A DNA stretch of 50,308 nt from Campylobacterota bacterium (lineage in GTDB: Bacteria; Campylobacterota; Campylobacteria; Campylobacterales; Sulfurimonadaceae). The stretch is taken from assembly GCA_034661055.1 (NCBI GenBank), contig JAYEKO010000035.1:1-50308 (forward strand), written 5' to 3'. Positions within the stretch are counted from its first letter, which is position 1. The number at the start of each line of letters is the position of its first letter. Positions 29,288 through 38,382 of the stretch are shown here, piece after piece. A program made the position numbers and the translations under genes. The notes below the pieces were generated by a model that saw only the letters and a list, made by a program, of their open reading frames with translations, made no database searches and was not told the DNA's origin.

Positions 29288-30207
29288 TAGTTTTCCTTCG
29301 GTTTTTTAAAACCTGTAATTATCTCATCTGCACCAATATTTTCAAGTAACTTTTTAAAATTCTTCACACTAAAGAGTTTAAGGTTCTCCCCTTTTAGCGC
29401 TTTTAACTCATTTGAAAAACCTCGTTTTGAGATTAAAATATTAATGTCGGGTTTAATCCCTGCAAGCTCACACTTCTCTTTAAGTCTTGTCAGTTCATTT
29501 TTTTTGACTTTAGCGTTCGTGTATTTACATGTAGCAACAATCACTTTACCAGATTTTGTCTTGGCCATAATATCAATATCAACTTTAGCGTCCCAATAAC
29601 CTCCAATTTCAACAATGGGATCATCTTTGAAATTCTCTTTTAAAAGCTCCTCTGAAAGTTGCGTGAATATTAAGTCAGTAAACTCCTGTTTTCTATTAAT
29701 AAAACGATCTTCAACTTCATCATAATTTCCTTTCACTACCCCTTTAAACAGCGGAGAGACAAAAGCAAACCAGAAGCGCATAAAGGGCATTGAGAAGTGT
29801 AATTTATCTGAGACAGGAGCATCGATACTCTGTGAAATAGGTCGTGACTCTTCTGTGCCAATAATTCCATTTTGACATAAATAACGAATAGCAGGTTTAC
29901 CCATGTCACTAGAGACTCTTGCACGTTTGTATGCAGAATGGACTCTACCATCACCCATAGCAATGCCTGTTAGCAGTGAATGATAAACACTGTCACCTAA
30001 AGTAATATCAATAATCTCTTGATGAATTACTCCATAATGTCTTAAAACAAGCTCTTCAATAAGCTCAAAAATCTCATCATCAGTATTAATATTCCAGCCA
30101 AGACCTCCAAAAATAGCAAAATACTCTACTGCTTTTTCTAAATTTTCTGGAGAGTTTTGTAAATAAAATGAGCGAAACTGCTCTAAGAGTGTTGGGTATT
30201 TAGATAT
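29284..30207 (-). CDS. DUF234-domain protein (PD-(D/E)XK-like C-terminus); lacks a canonical start codon
   Basis: PFMRFWFAFV, IGGYWDAKVDIDI...ATCKY, ISKRGFS; frame open from 30249, with protein-like KYPTLLEQFRSFY...VEYFAIFGG far upstream of the first ATG (29958). Confidence 0.7.
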   Translation of the reverse strand: MSKYPTLLEQFRSFYLQNSPENLEKAVEYFAIFGGLGWNINTDDEIFELIEELVLRHYGVIHQEIIDITLGDSVYHSLLTGIAMGDGRVHSAYKRARVSSDMGKPAIRYLCQNGIIGTEESRPISQSIDAPVSDKLHFSMPFMRFWFAFVSPLFKGVVKGNYDEVEDRFINRKQEFTDLIFTQLSEELLKENFKDDPIVEIGGYWDAKVDIDIMAKTKSGKVIVATCKYTNAKVKKNELTRLKEKCELAGIKPDINILISKRGFSNELKALKGENLKLFSVKNFKKLLENIGADEIITGFKKPKENY

Positions 30208-30331
30208 GATAACATAGCCTTTAGGAGTGTGATTTTCTCTGTTGTGAAATTATACACTAAATAGACTTGTTGAAATACATGCATCTATATTGAGTCAACT
30301 ACCCATACAGCATCTAGCGGCCAATCCTGAC

Positions 30332-32242
30332 TCATTGGCATCTTAAATCGTTTATGTCTTGAAGCTCATGTGCTGGCACAGCTATATAGTATCCTTGCAT
30401 ATAGTCTATGTCAACTGTAAGTAGTTTTTTGTATACTTCAGCAGAGTGAACAAACTCCGCAATTGTCTGCATATTTGCTTCCTTAGCGAAGTGTATGATG
30501 CTCTTGACAACTTTAAAATCTTTCTCGTTTTTATCTATGTTTTTAATTAGAGAACCATCTATTTTTAAGTAGTTTGCTTCAATATCCAGAATAGTTTTAA
30601 AGTTTGAGTAGCCACTACCAAAATCGTCAATAGAAACCTTAGCACCATATGAGCGCAAGAGGTTAATTTTCTCTTTAAATAGCTCTATGTTGTCTATCTC
30701 ATCACTCTCTAAGATTTCAAAAGTGATACGTGATGCTAAGTCGGAGTTTTGTTTAAATCTATCTATGATAGTTTGTTCTATATCTGAGTTAATTAAATCT
30801 GAAAAGTTTATATTTATGCTGACGGACTCTTTTAAATTTTCAAACTTATCAAACACATTAAAGAGAATTCTCTGAGTGAGTTTATAGTGAATATTAGTAT
30901 GCTTTAATTCTGGTAAAAAGTATACAGGTGATATTATTTTATTGTCTTTATCTATAATCCTAACAAGTGCTTCATATTTAAATATTTCATTAGTAGTGCT
31001 GTTGTAGATAGGTTGATAATGGCAAATTACACGGTTCTCATCAAGAGCAAGTTTCACAAAATTAATATCTTTTGATTTTGATAGCGTGGAGTTTTTTGAT
31101 TTTTCACTGTACCTTACTACTCTGTTTCTACCTTCACTTTTTGCAATGTATAACATCTTATCGGCTATTTTTATAGCTTCGTGCAGATTTTTTTCTGAAG
31201 ATGGATTTTCATGAAGGCCTATTGAGACTTGTATATGTATTTCGCTGAGATTGTAGTTAAAAATGTATGCAGCAATATTTTCCCTTATTCTATTAGTGAC
31301 TTTAAATGCAGAGTCCTCCACGTCTCTGTTGTAAATAAAGAGTAAAAACTCCTCTCCTCCATATCTAATTATAATATCACTTTCACGCATAGAGTTTTTT
31401 AAAATTATACTGCTTTGAGAGAGTATATAATCTCCTGTTTTATGCCCGTAGGTGTCATTTATGGCTTTAAACCTATCAAGATCAAGCATGGCAATACTAT
31501 AGTGTTCAAGATTGAGAGTTGGTGCTATCTCTTTGAAGTAGTTTCTGTTAAACAGTTGCGTAAGAGGATCTGTAAATATTTTTTTTCTAGTTATGAAATA
31601 GTGAAAGACTTGAGTTGTACTCATGATCATGAGTAAAAATATAAAAATAATAAGAACAATAAAAAATGTCTCTAATGGTTTTATAAGCTCTAAAACAGTG
31701 TATTTAATCTTAGTGGTAATATCAACACTTAAAATTGCTATAACTTCACCATTTGCTTTTAAGGGATAGAGGTAGGTTAAAAAAAGATTTTCCATCTCTG
31801 TTTGGTGTATTACTTGTGCTTTTTTAGTAGTGTATAACTCTTCATATTTTTTATTTTGGACATCAAATTTTTGGTAAAATTCAGCCTTATCAGTTTTTGA
31901 AGCATCAAGCAGGAATCTAAATCTTCTCTTCTCATCCTGAGAGAGAAGATATACATACTTCATAGATGGTGTAAGAAAATATGAGATATGCTTTTCATAC
32001 TCTGATCTTGTTTTTTCATTGGAGAGAAGATTAACTAAATCATCACTGTTTTTTATGCTGTATGTACCAATAAGATCTTTTTCAATATTTTCAAATATAT
32101 ATGAAATATTTTGAATCATATTAGCTTCAATTTTTGCAAATATATCTTGCTGTACCTGCTTAATATAACCATAAATATATATAAAAAATATACCGAGGAT
32201 AAGAAGAGCCAAAAATAGAAAGAGCTCTCTTCTCTTTACCAC
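30332..32242 (-). CDS. Membrane-bound diguanylate cyclase/phosphodiesterase (periplasmic sensor, GGDEF, EAL)
   Basis: 2 TM; DPLTQLFNR, RESD I-site, RYGGEEF; YEALVR, DDFGSGYSN, KIDGSL, QGYY. Confidence 0.95.
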   Translation of the reverse strand: MVKRRELFLFLALLILGIFFIYIYGYIKQVQQDIFAKIEANMIQNISYIFENIEKDLIGTYSIKNSDDLVNLLSNEKTRSEYEKHISYFLTPSMKYVYLLSQDEKRRFRFLLDASKTDKAEFYQKFDVQNKKYEELYTTKKAQVIHQTEMENLFLTYLYPLKANGEVIAILSVDITTKIKYTVLELIKPLETFFIVLIIFIFLLMIMSTTQVFHYFITRKKIFTDPLTQLFNRNYFKEIAPTLNLEHYSIAMLDLDRFKAINDTYGHKTGDYILSQSSIILKNSMRESDIIIRYGGEEFLLFIYNRDVEDSAFKVTNRIRENIAAYIFNYNLSEIHIQVSIGLHENPSSEKNLHEAIKIADKMLYIAKSEGRNRVVRYSEKSKNSTLSKSKDINFVKLALDENRVICHYQPIYNSTTNEIFKYEALVRIIDKDNKIISPVYFLPELKHTNIHYKLTQRILFNVFDKFENLKESVSININFSDLINSDIEQTIIDRFKQNSDLASRITFEILESDEIDNIELFKEKINLLRSYGAKVSIDDFGSGYSNFKTILDIEANYLKIDGSLIKNIDKNEKDFKVVKSIIHFAKEANMQTIAEFVHSAEVYKKLLTVDIDYMQGYYIAVPAHELQDINDLRCQ

Positions 32243-32661
32243 ACTTTTTCCTCTAAGTAAGGCTTGAGGTTTGTTGTTATTTGTATATTCTGTCTTTGTA
32301 TCCTTGGCTCAATAATAACTATATTTGGTCTGCCTTTTTTCCAAAAAAGTGCTCCAAAACTTTGAGGAATATCAGATAAAAGTTTATAGTTTAACACGAA
32401 GATATGTACGCTGTCACACACTTTAGAGAGATTTTTTTTCTCTTTTAAAATAATAAAACTAGCCCTATAGCATTCAGTTACAGTTTTAAACTTTTTACTG
32501 TTTTTAAGTGCATATAGAATCTCTTTGTCATCACTCCAAATTTTTACCTGCTTATTAATAGAGATTTCTGAAACTATTTTTTCTAAAATTTTTACTTGAT
32601 GATTAGTATCTGAAGCTGATAAAAGTAGTGCTGATAAAATCGATAAAAGTAAAATTCTCAT
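32236..32661 (-). CDS. Small periplasmic protein, YfiR-like
   Basis: Signal peptide, two Cys, GALFWKKGRPNIVI; located between the TonB receptor and the GGDEF-EAL gene. Confidence 0.55.
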   Translation of the reverse strand: MRILLLSILSALLLSASDTNHQVKILEKIVSEISINKQVKIWSDDKEILYALKNSKKFKTVTECYRASFIILKEKKNLSKVCDSVHIFVLNYKLLSDIPQSFGALFWKKGRPNIVIIEPRIQRQNIQITTNLKPYLEEKVW

Positions 32662-34534
32662 TTAAAAAGTATACTCCATAGTTAAGATAGCTCGTCTCTC
32701 AATTGCTGGAACTTGAACTAATCCCTGAGGGTCTATAAGAGTTTTGCTAGCTTTATCTAAAAGGTTTTCACCTTTAGCTTTTATCTTCATTGTTCTACTT
32801 ATGGTGTAACCAACACTAAGCGTATAGTCATAACCCTCATCTATATCTACATCTCCAGCACCATAGTTTAGTGTATAACCATTTCTATATACTAGCTCAT
32901 TATAGATATCAAAATCTCCAAGTGTGTTAAAAGCTTGAAACAAAATACCAGAATCAGGAGAGGCATAAGCATCTTTGTAGCCCTTATAGTACTCAATAAT
33001 TACTTTGTTATCATAGTCAAATTTATACTCACCTCTTACATAAAAACGATTGAAATCGACTATCTCTTTATTGTTCACATATTGTTTTTGTGCTTTAGAG
33101 AAGGTTATACCATCTTCTATAATCTTATATGCATAACCAAAAACTGCTCTATGCTCTCCATCATCATACTCAAGTTCACCAGTTATCATATCTATGTTTG
33201 AAGCATCAAGTTCTGGATTTATTTTATATACAGGTGGGGGTAAATGTAGTTTGAAGCATATTTGGATATGCATATCGTCTAACTGCAAAAAGTTTTGTTT
33301 TCCAACTATCACTAAGTAGAGCAATATACCCTAGCCTTATTGCATACTCTGTAGAGTTTTTAGAGAAGCTATCTCTATAGTGGTCAAGCTTACCACTAAA
33401 AGCAAGAAGATGATTTTCATTAATATTATACAACTCTTCTATATAGAACATATACATATCAAGTTTATCAGGACCAATAGTTGGATTTACATTTATTCCC
33501 TCATAAGTCTTAACATTTAGTCTATTTTGTTGAAACTGAGCCCCTATCAAAAAGTCATGTTTACCTTGGAGTATTTTTTTATCTAAAATTACTTTGTAAG
33601 TGTTTGATTCTACATGTACATCTATATTGTTCGCGAGTGTATTGTCTGGTTGCTTTATGCCTATAGCATCACTATTAAAAAACTTTTTAGTCTCTAGAGA
33701 AGCTGCTACAGATAGTCTTATATCTCCATCAAAGTGTTTTATAGCATTTATATACCCATAGTTTCTGTTGCTATCATCACCAGTAGCAGCTGGACCCATT
33801 CCGCTAAACATATCAGTTTGATTTGCTATAGCATCTACTACTACTTCAAAGTCATCTTTTTTTGCTACTTTAAAGTGGGCTTGGTATCTTTTAGAGTCAC
33901 GAGATAGCTCTTGGTTGTTTCTTGTCGGTTTATCAAAGTTTGTGTTTGAGCCATCTGCATATAGAAGGTACTCATACTCACCCATAGTCCCAGCACTAAC
34001 AGCTCTCAAATCAACACTTGATTTTGAATCAACACTAAGTTGAGCAGAGGAGCTATTTTCTCGTGATGGGTCTTTTGAGTAGAGTCTTATAACCATAGAG
34101 CCAGGAGAGTTACCAAAAGCTATAGAACTACCACCTTGGTATATCTCAATATGGTTAACAAAGTAAATATCCATTTCGCCATACATATCAAGAGCATTAC
34201 CTTGTGCAACAGTGGTAACTTCAAAATCATCAATATATAGTTTAATTGGAGGTAGTGTGCTTGGACCTGCCCCAGCTTTTTGCATTCTAGAGATACCAAT
34301 ATTCTTAACTTGAATAGTGTACATACGAACAGTTTTAAGAACATCCATTAGAGTAAATGCTTGCATCTTCTCTAAATCTTCTCTTGAGTAAACTAGCAGA
34401 TATCCAGCACTCTCTTTTTTTGTTTTTTTATAGAGTGATGCTGAGTCTTCGTACTCCTTTAGTAGATTATCAAGCATAAGTTCTTGGGAGAATAATAAAG
34501 AGCTTAGGAGTGTAAGTAAAAAAAGAACTTTCAT
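32662..34534 (-). pseudogene. TonB-dependent receptor split by a +1 frameshift in a C5 tract (623 aa if repaired)
   Basis: Plug motifs VYSREDLEKM...LYIDD...IEIYQGGSSIAFG in ORF 33224-34534; barrel end ENLLDK...LTMEYTF in ORF 32662-33324; removing one G from 33236-33240 joins them. Confidence 0.88.
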
Positions 34535-34561
34535 AATATCTCCTTAAAATATAGCAATAAT

Positions 34562-34582
34562 TGAATAGTATAAGACTATTCA
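34562..34582. promoter_or_regulatory. Perfect 8-bp inverted repeat overlapping the likely -10 of the TonB receptor operon
   Basis: TGAATAGT-ataag-ACTATTCA; minus-strand TATACT at 34572-34567. Confidence 0.45.
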
Positions 34583-34610
34583 CCTTATTTCAAACTTACG
34601 TTTTCAAATG

Positions 34611-34631
34611 CTAGGCTATTTAGAGCTGCCC
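34611..34631. repeat. Degenerate solo copy of the MITE terminal repeat
   Basis: CTAGGCTATTTAGAGCTGCCC vs CTAGGGTTTTTAGAGGTGCCC (20550-20570): 18/21 identical. Confidence 0.6.
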
Positions 34632-34721
34632 TATATTAAATTCTTGATATAATGGTATAAATAAAATCATGCCGATTATATCATTTAGACATGAGAAAAA
34701 TAGTCATACAGGGTTTATATA

Positions 34722-35591
34722 GTGTTGTTACAATTATTGATTTTAGTTACTGTTTCTCTTCCACTTTTTGCTGCTATTGACCTAAAGCAAGAGTATGCAT
34801 TTAAGGACGCTACTATTTACAGTACCACCCTATTTCCCAAACTAAAAGATAAATTCAAACTATTTAATATTAACAAAAATCGTACCAAATACAGAGTCAA
34901 AAGTTCCAAAATTCAAAAGCTTTTTAAACAACACAATGTTGAGATAAATATTGGTAAGGTGCGTTATGTAAACTTCAAAAAAGAGAGTCCTGTTGACACT
35001 TCTGTCTTAGCATCTCAAATAAAAGAGCGCTACGAAGCATTTTATTCTAATATACATGTAAATCGTGTCCATATCACACCGAGAAATTATCTTAAGGCAT
35101 TTGACCCTGATTTTCAGCTAATACTAAAGAGTAAAGATTTAAAACGGTCTCATAGTATTTTTAGTATTAAAACATCAAAAAAAGAGCGTATATTTTTTGA
35201 CTATGAAATAGATGCTACTCTAGATGTCTATCGTTCACTCCATCCACTTAAGCGTGGCCATACACTCTCCGCTCTTAATACAATATCTCAAAAAATTAAG
35301 TTTGACTCTTTTAATGCCATACCGCTAAATCACATTGGTACTAAAGAGTACCGTCTAAAACGCAGCATTAAGAAAAATCACATCCTTACCCAGCGTGATG
35401 TTGAAGCCTATCCTATTGTAAAAAAGGGAAATAGTGTTTTAGTAGAGTTAAAAAGTGGCTCTGTTGTGCTGGAATTTACCGCTATTGCCTCGCAAGATGG
35501 CTCAAAAAATGATATTATTTCAGTTCAAAAAAAAGATGGACATCGCATTAAAGCTAGAGTCATAGGTCCTGGACGCGTGGAGATTCAATGA
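34722..35591 (+). CDS. flgA: Flagellar basal body P-ring formation chaperone
   Basis: Signal peptide; SAF-like region; IVKKGNSV...ASQDG...ISVQ...IKARVIGPGRVEI. Confidence 0.88.
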   Translation: MLLQLLILVTVSLPLFAAIDLKQEYAFKDATIYSTTLFPKLKDKFKLFNINKNRTKYRVKSSKIQKLFKQHNVEINIGKVRYVNFKKESPVDTSVLASQIKERYEAFYSNIHVNRVHITPRNYLKAFDPDFQLILKSKDLKRSHSIFSIKTSKKERIFFDYEIDATLDVYRSLHPLKRGHTLSALNTISQKIKFDSFNAIPLNHIGTKEYRLKRSIKKNHILTQRDVEAYPIVKKGNSVLVELKSGSVVLEFTAIASQDGSKNDIISVQKKDGHRIKARVIGPGRVEIQ

Positions 35592-36115
35592 AAATTGTTG
35601 TTGCTATTAGTGGTGCTAGCGGTGCAGAGCTTGGATTAAAAGTATTAAATGCCCTACCTGAGAGCTTTGATAAACATCTCGTACTCTCAGATCATGCACA
35701 TGTAGTGCTCAAAAAAGAGCATAATATTACCATGCATAGCAACAGCAACATTGGAGCTAGCATCGCTTCTGGATCATTTGGTTGTGATGCGATGCTAATC
35801 ATTCCGTGCAGTATGAATACTTTGGCTAAAATCAGCTGTGGCATAGCTGACAATCTTATTACCCGTGCCGCTAGTGTTATGCTCAAAGAGCGCAAGCAAC
35901 TATTGCTAGCACCACGAGAGATGCCTTTTTCAACAATAGCTTTAGAAAATATGCATAAACTCTCGACACATGGAGTTATTATTGCTCCACCGGTAATGGC
36001 ATACTATTCACAGCAGCAGAGCCTAGAAGATATGGAAAACTTTATGATAGGCAAATGGTTTGATCTTTTAGGAATTGAGAATAATCTATATAAACGATGG
36101 GAAAATAATGAATAA
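35588..36115 (+). CDS. ubiX: Flavin prenyltransferase UbiX/Pad1
   Basis: VAISGASGA, IASGS, PCSMNTLAKI, NLITRAA, PREMP. Confidence 0.95.
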   Translation: MKIVVAISGASGAELGLKVLNALPESFDKHLVLSDHAHVVLKKEHNITMHSNSNIGASIASGSFGCDAMLIIPCSMNTLAKISCGIADNLITRAASVMLKERKQLLLAPREMPFSTIALENMHKLSTHGVIIAPPVMAYYSQQQSLEDMENFMIGKWFDLLGIENNLYKRWENNE

Positions 36116-36599
36116 ACGCGCACTATACCCAGGTACTTTTGATCCTATTACCAATGGTCATTATGACATCATAAAAAGAGCAGTAAATCTCTTTGATGAA
36201 GTCATTGTAGCCGTAGCTGATTCACGTGATAAAAAGCCGATGTTTACACTTGATGAACGAATTATTATGGCACAAAAGGCAACTGCAACATTAGAAAATG
36301 TCACGGTAGTAGGATTTGACAACTTAACAGTAGATCTCTGTCATTCACACAATGCCAGTATTTTAATTAGAGGACTGCGTGCAGTAAGTGACTTTGAGTA
36401 TGAACTACAACTAGGCTACCTAAATCGTTCACTTGACAATACAATTGAAACAGTCTATTTAATGCCAAATCTACAACACGCATTTATTAGCTCATCAAGT
36501 GTACGCAACCTTCTAAAATTTAATGGTAAGACTGAACATCTACTTCCTAGTGAAGTTCAAGAAATTATAGGGGGAATGACTTCATGTACATTGCAATAG
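36108..36599 (+). CDS. coaD: Phosphopantetheine adenylyltransferase
   Basis: YPGTFDPITNGH, RGLRAVSDFEYE, ISSS. Confidence 0.97.
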   Translation: MNKRALYPGTFDPITNGHYDIIKRAVNLFDEVIVAVADSRDKKPMFTLDERIIMAQKATATLENVTVVGFDNLTVDLCHSHNASILIRGLRAVSDFEYELQLGYLNRSLDNTIETVYLMPNLQHAFISSSSVRNLLKFNGKTEHLLPSEVQEIIGGMTSCTLQ

Positions 36600-37165
36600 A
36601 GGGCATTGATACGGCAGGTAAAAGCACCCAGATTGCACTACTTAAAGAAGCTTTTAACGATGCTATTATCACCAAAGAACCTGGTGGTACTGATATGGGA
36701 ACAAGAATTCGTGATATTGTCTTACACCGAGAAATTCAAAGTTCAAAAGCAGAGTTCTTGCTCTTTTTAGCCGATCGCGCAGAGCATATGTGTCAAGTAA
36801 TAGAGCCTAACAGTAATAGCGTGATTATTTCTGATAGAAGTGTCATCTCAGGTGTCGCTTATGCACTTGTAAAAGGGGACCTATCAGAGACTGCTATTGT
36901 TCATATGAACCGTTTTGCAACTAATGGAGTCTATCCAAGCAAAGTATTTTTGTTGCAACTTACTCCCGCTGAATTAGAATATCGACTCTCTCAAAAAAAG
37001 CTTGATGGTATTGAAAAAAGAGGAACAGAGTATCTTCTAAGTATCCAAGAAGCGCTAGTTAAAGCAGCGCAACTGCTTAAAGTGGAGTTGGTCATCATTG
37101 ATGCAACACAGAGTATTGAAGCTATTAGCAATACTATAATAACTAATATTAAGGAATATGAATGA
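36584..37165 (+). CDS. tmk: Thymidylate kinase
   Basis: IEGIDTAGKSTQ, KEPGGT, LFLADRAEH, SDR. Confidence 0.96.
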   Translation: MYIAIEGIDTAGKSTQIALLKEAFNDAIITKEPGGTDMGTRIRDIVLHREIQSSKAEFLLFLADRAEHMCQVIEPNSNSVIISDRSVISGVAYALVKGDLSETAIVHMNRFATNGVYPSKVFLLQLTPAELEYRLSQKKLDGIEKRGTEYLLSIQEALVKAAQLLKVELVIIDATQSIEAISNTIITNIKEYE

Positions 37166-38373
37166 TTCGCTCACTTCGTGGAATGAATGATATTTTAGAA
37201 GAAGATTATGAGAGGTTTGAGTACTTTATTAAGGTAGCCTCTAGTGTTGCCTCACGCTACGGATTTCACTATATTGAGACACCACTGCTTGAAGAGACAA
37301 GCCTTTTTAAGCGTTCTGTAGGTGAATCTAGCGATATTGTTGGCAAAGAGATGTATCAGTTCTTAGACAAAGGGGGCAATGATGTCTGCCTTCGTCCTGA
37401 AGGAACTGCTGGTGTAGTTCGTGCTTTTATTCAAAACAAATATGATAAAAAAGGTGGTATTCACCGTTTTTTTTATCACGGCCCAATGTTTCGTTATGAA
37501 CGTCCTCAAAAAGGACGCTTACGTGAATTTCACCAATTTGGAATAGAGAGTTTTGGTATTGCTTGTGTCTATGAAGATGCATCTCTTATTATGATGGTCG
37601 GCGATATCTTTAAAGAACTTGGTATTGGCTTTACCCTGCAACTTAACTCTCTTGGCTGTCAAGAGTGTATGCCTCCATACCGTGAAAACCTTGTTAATTT
37701 TATTGAGCAAAACAGTGAAAATATCTGTAGCGACTGTATTCGTAGAAAAGACACTAATCCTATTCGTGTTCTTGATTGTAAGAATGATAAGTGTCAGACA
37801 ATTTATGCCGATGCTCCCAAACTCATTGACAACTTATGTTCTACATGTAAATCTGACTTTGATACACTCAAAGCATTACTTAATGAAAATGGTATTGCTT
37901 ACGAAGTTGATACGCACTTGGTACGTGGACTTGACTACTACTCTAAAACCGCTTTTGAATTTGTCAGCAGTGAAATTGGTGCTCAGAGTGCCATTGCTGG
38001 TGGTGGACGCTATGACCGATTAATTGAGTTCTTAGATGGAAGGGCGACTCCGGCAGTTGGTTTTGCCATTGGAATTGAACGACTACTCGAACTTATTAAA
38101 ATCCCTGAAGTAACGCGTGAGGGTTACTATTTTGGTGCCATGGACGATGAAGCACTACCCCTTATCTTAAAACTGGGACAGAAAAAACGTCAAAAAGAAA
38201 AGAGCATTATTGAATATGCCGCTAAAGGTCTTAAAGCCCACCTCAAAGGTGCTGACAGAATTAATGCTCGCTACTGCGCTGTTATTGGTGAGAATGAACT
38301 TAAAGAGAACAAGATCTGGGTTAAAGATTTAGTTCAAAAAGTTGAAACTCTTATTGACATTGACTCAATTTAG
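37162..38373 (+). CDS. hisS: Histidine--tRNA ligase
   Basis: LRPEGTA, FRYERPQKGRLREFHQ, VRGLDYY, GGGRYD. Confidence 0.98.
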   Translation: MIRSLRGMNDILEEDYERFEYFIKVASSVASRYGFHYIETPLLEETSLFKRSVGESSDIVGKEMYQFLDKGGNDVCLRPEGTAGVVRAFIQNKYDKKGGIHRFFYHGPMFRYERPQKGRLREFHQFGIESFGIACVYEDASLIMMVGDIFKELGIGFTLQLNSLGCQECMPPYRENLVNFIEQNSENICSDCIRRKDTNPIRVLDCKNDKCQTIYADAPKLIDNLCSTCKSDFDTLKALLNENGIAYEVDTHLVRGLDYYSKTAFEFVSSEIGAQSAIAGGGRYDRLIEFLDGRATPAVGFAIGIERLLELIKIPEVTREGYYFGAMDDEALPLILKLGQKKRQKEKSIIEYAAKGLKAHLKGADRINARYCAVIGENELKENKIWVKDLVQKVETLIDIDSI

Positions 38374-38382
38374 GATAGTAAT

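Noticed and set aside
33225..33324. Separate gene starting at 33324 (MLYLVIVG...)
   Set aside because: These codons are out-of-frame sequence before the frameshift; the ORF is the barrel end of the TonB receptor
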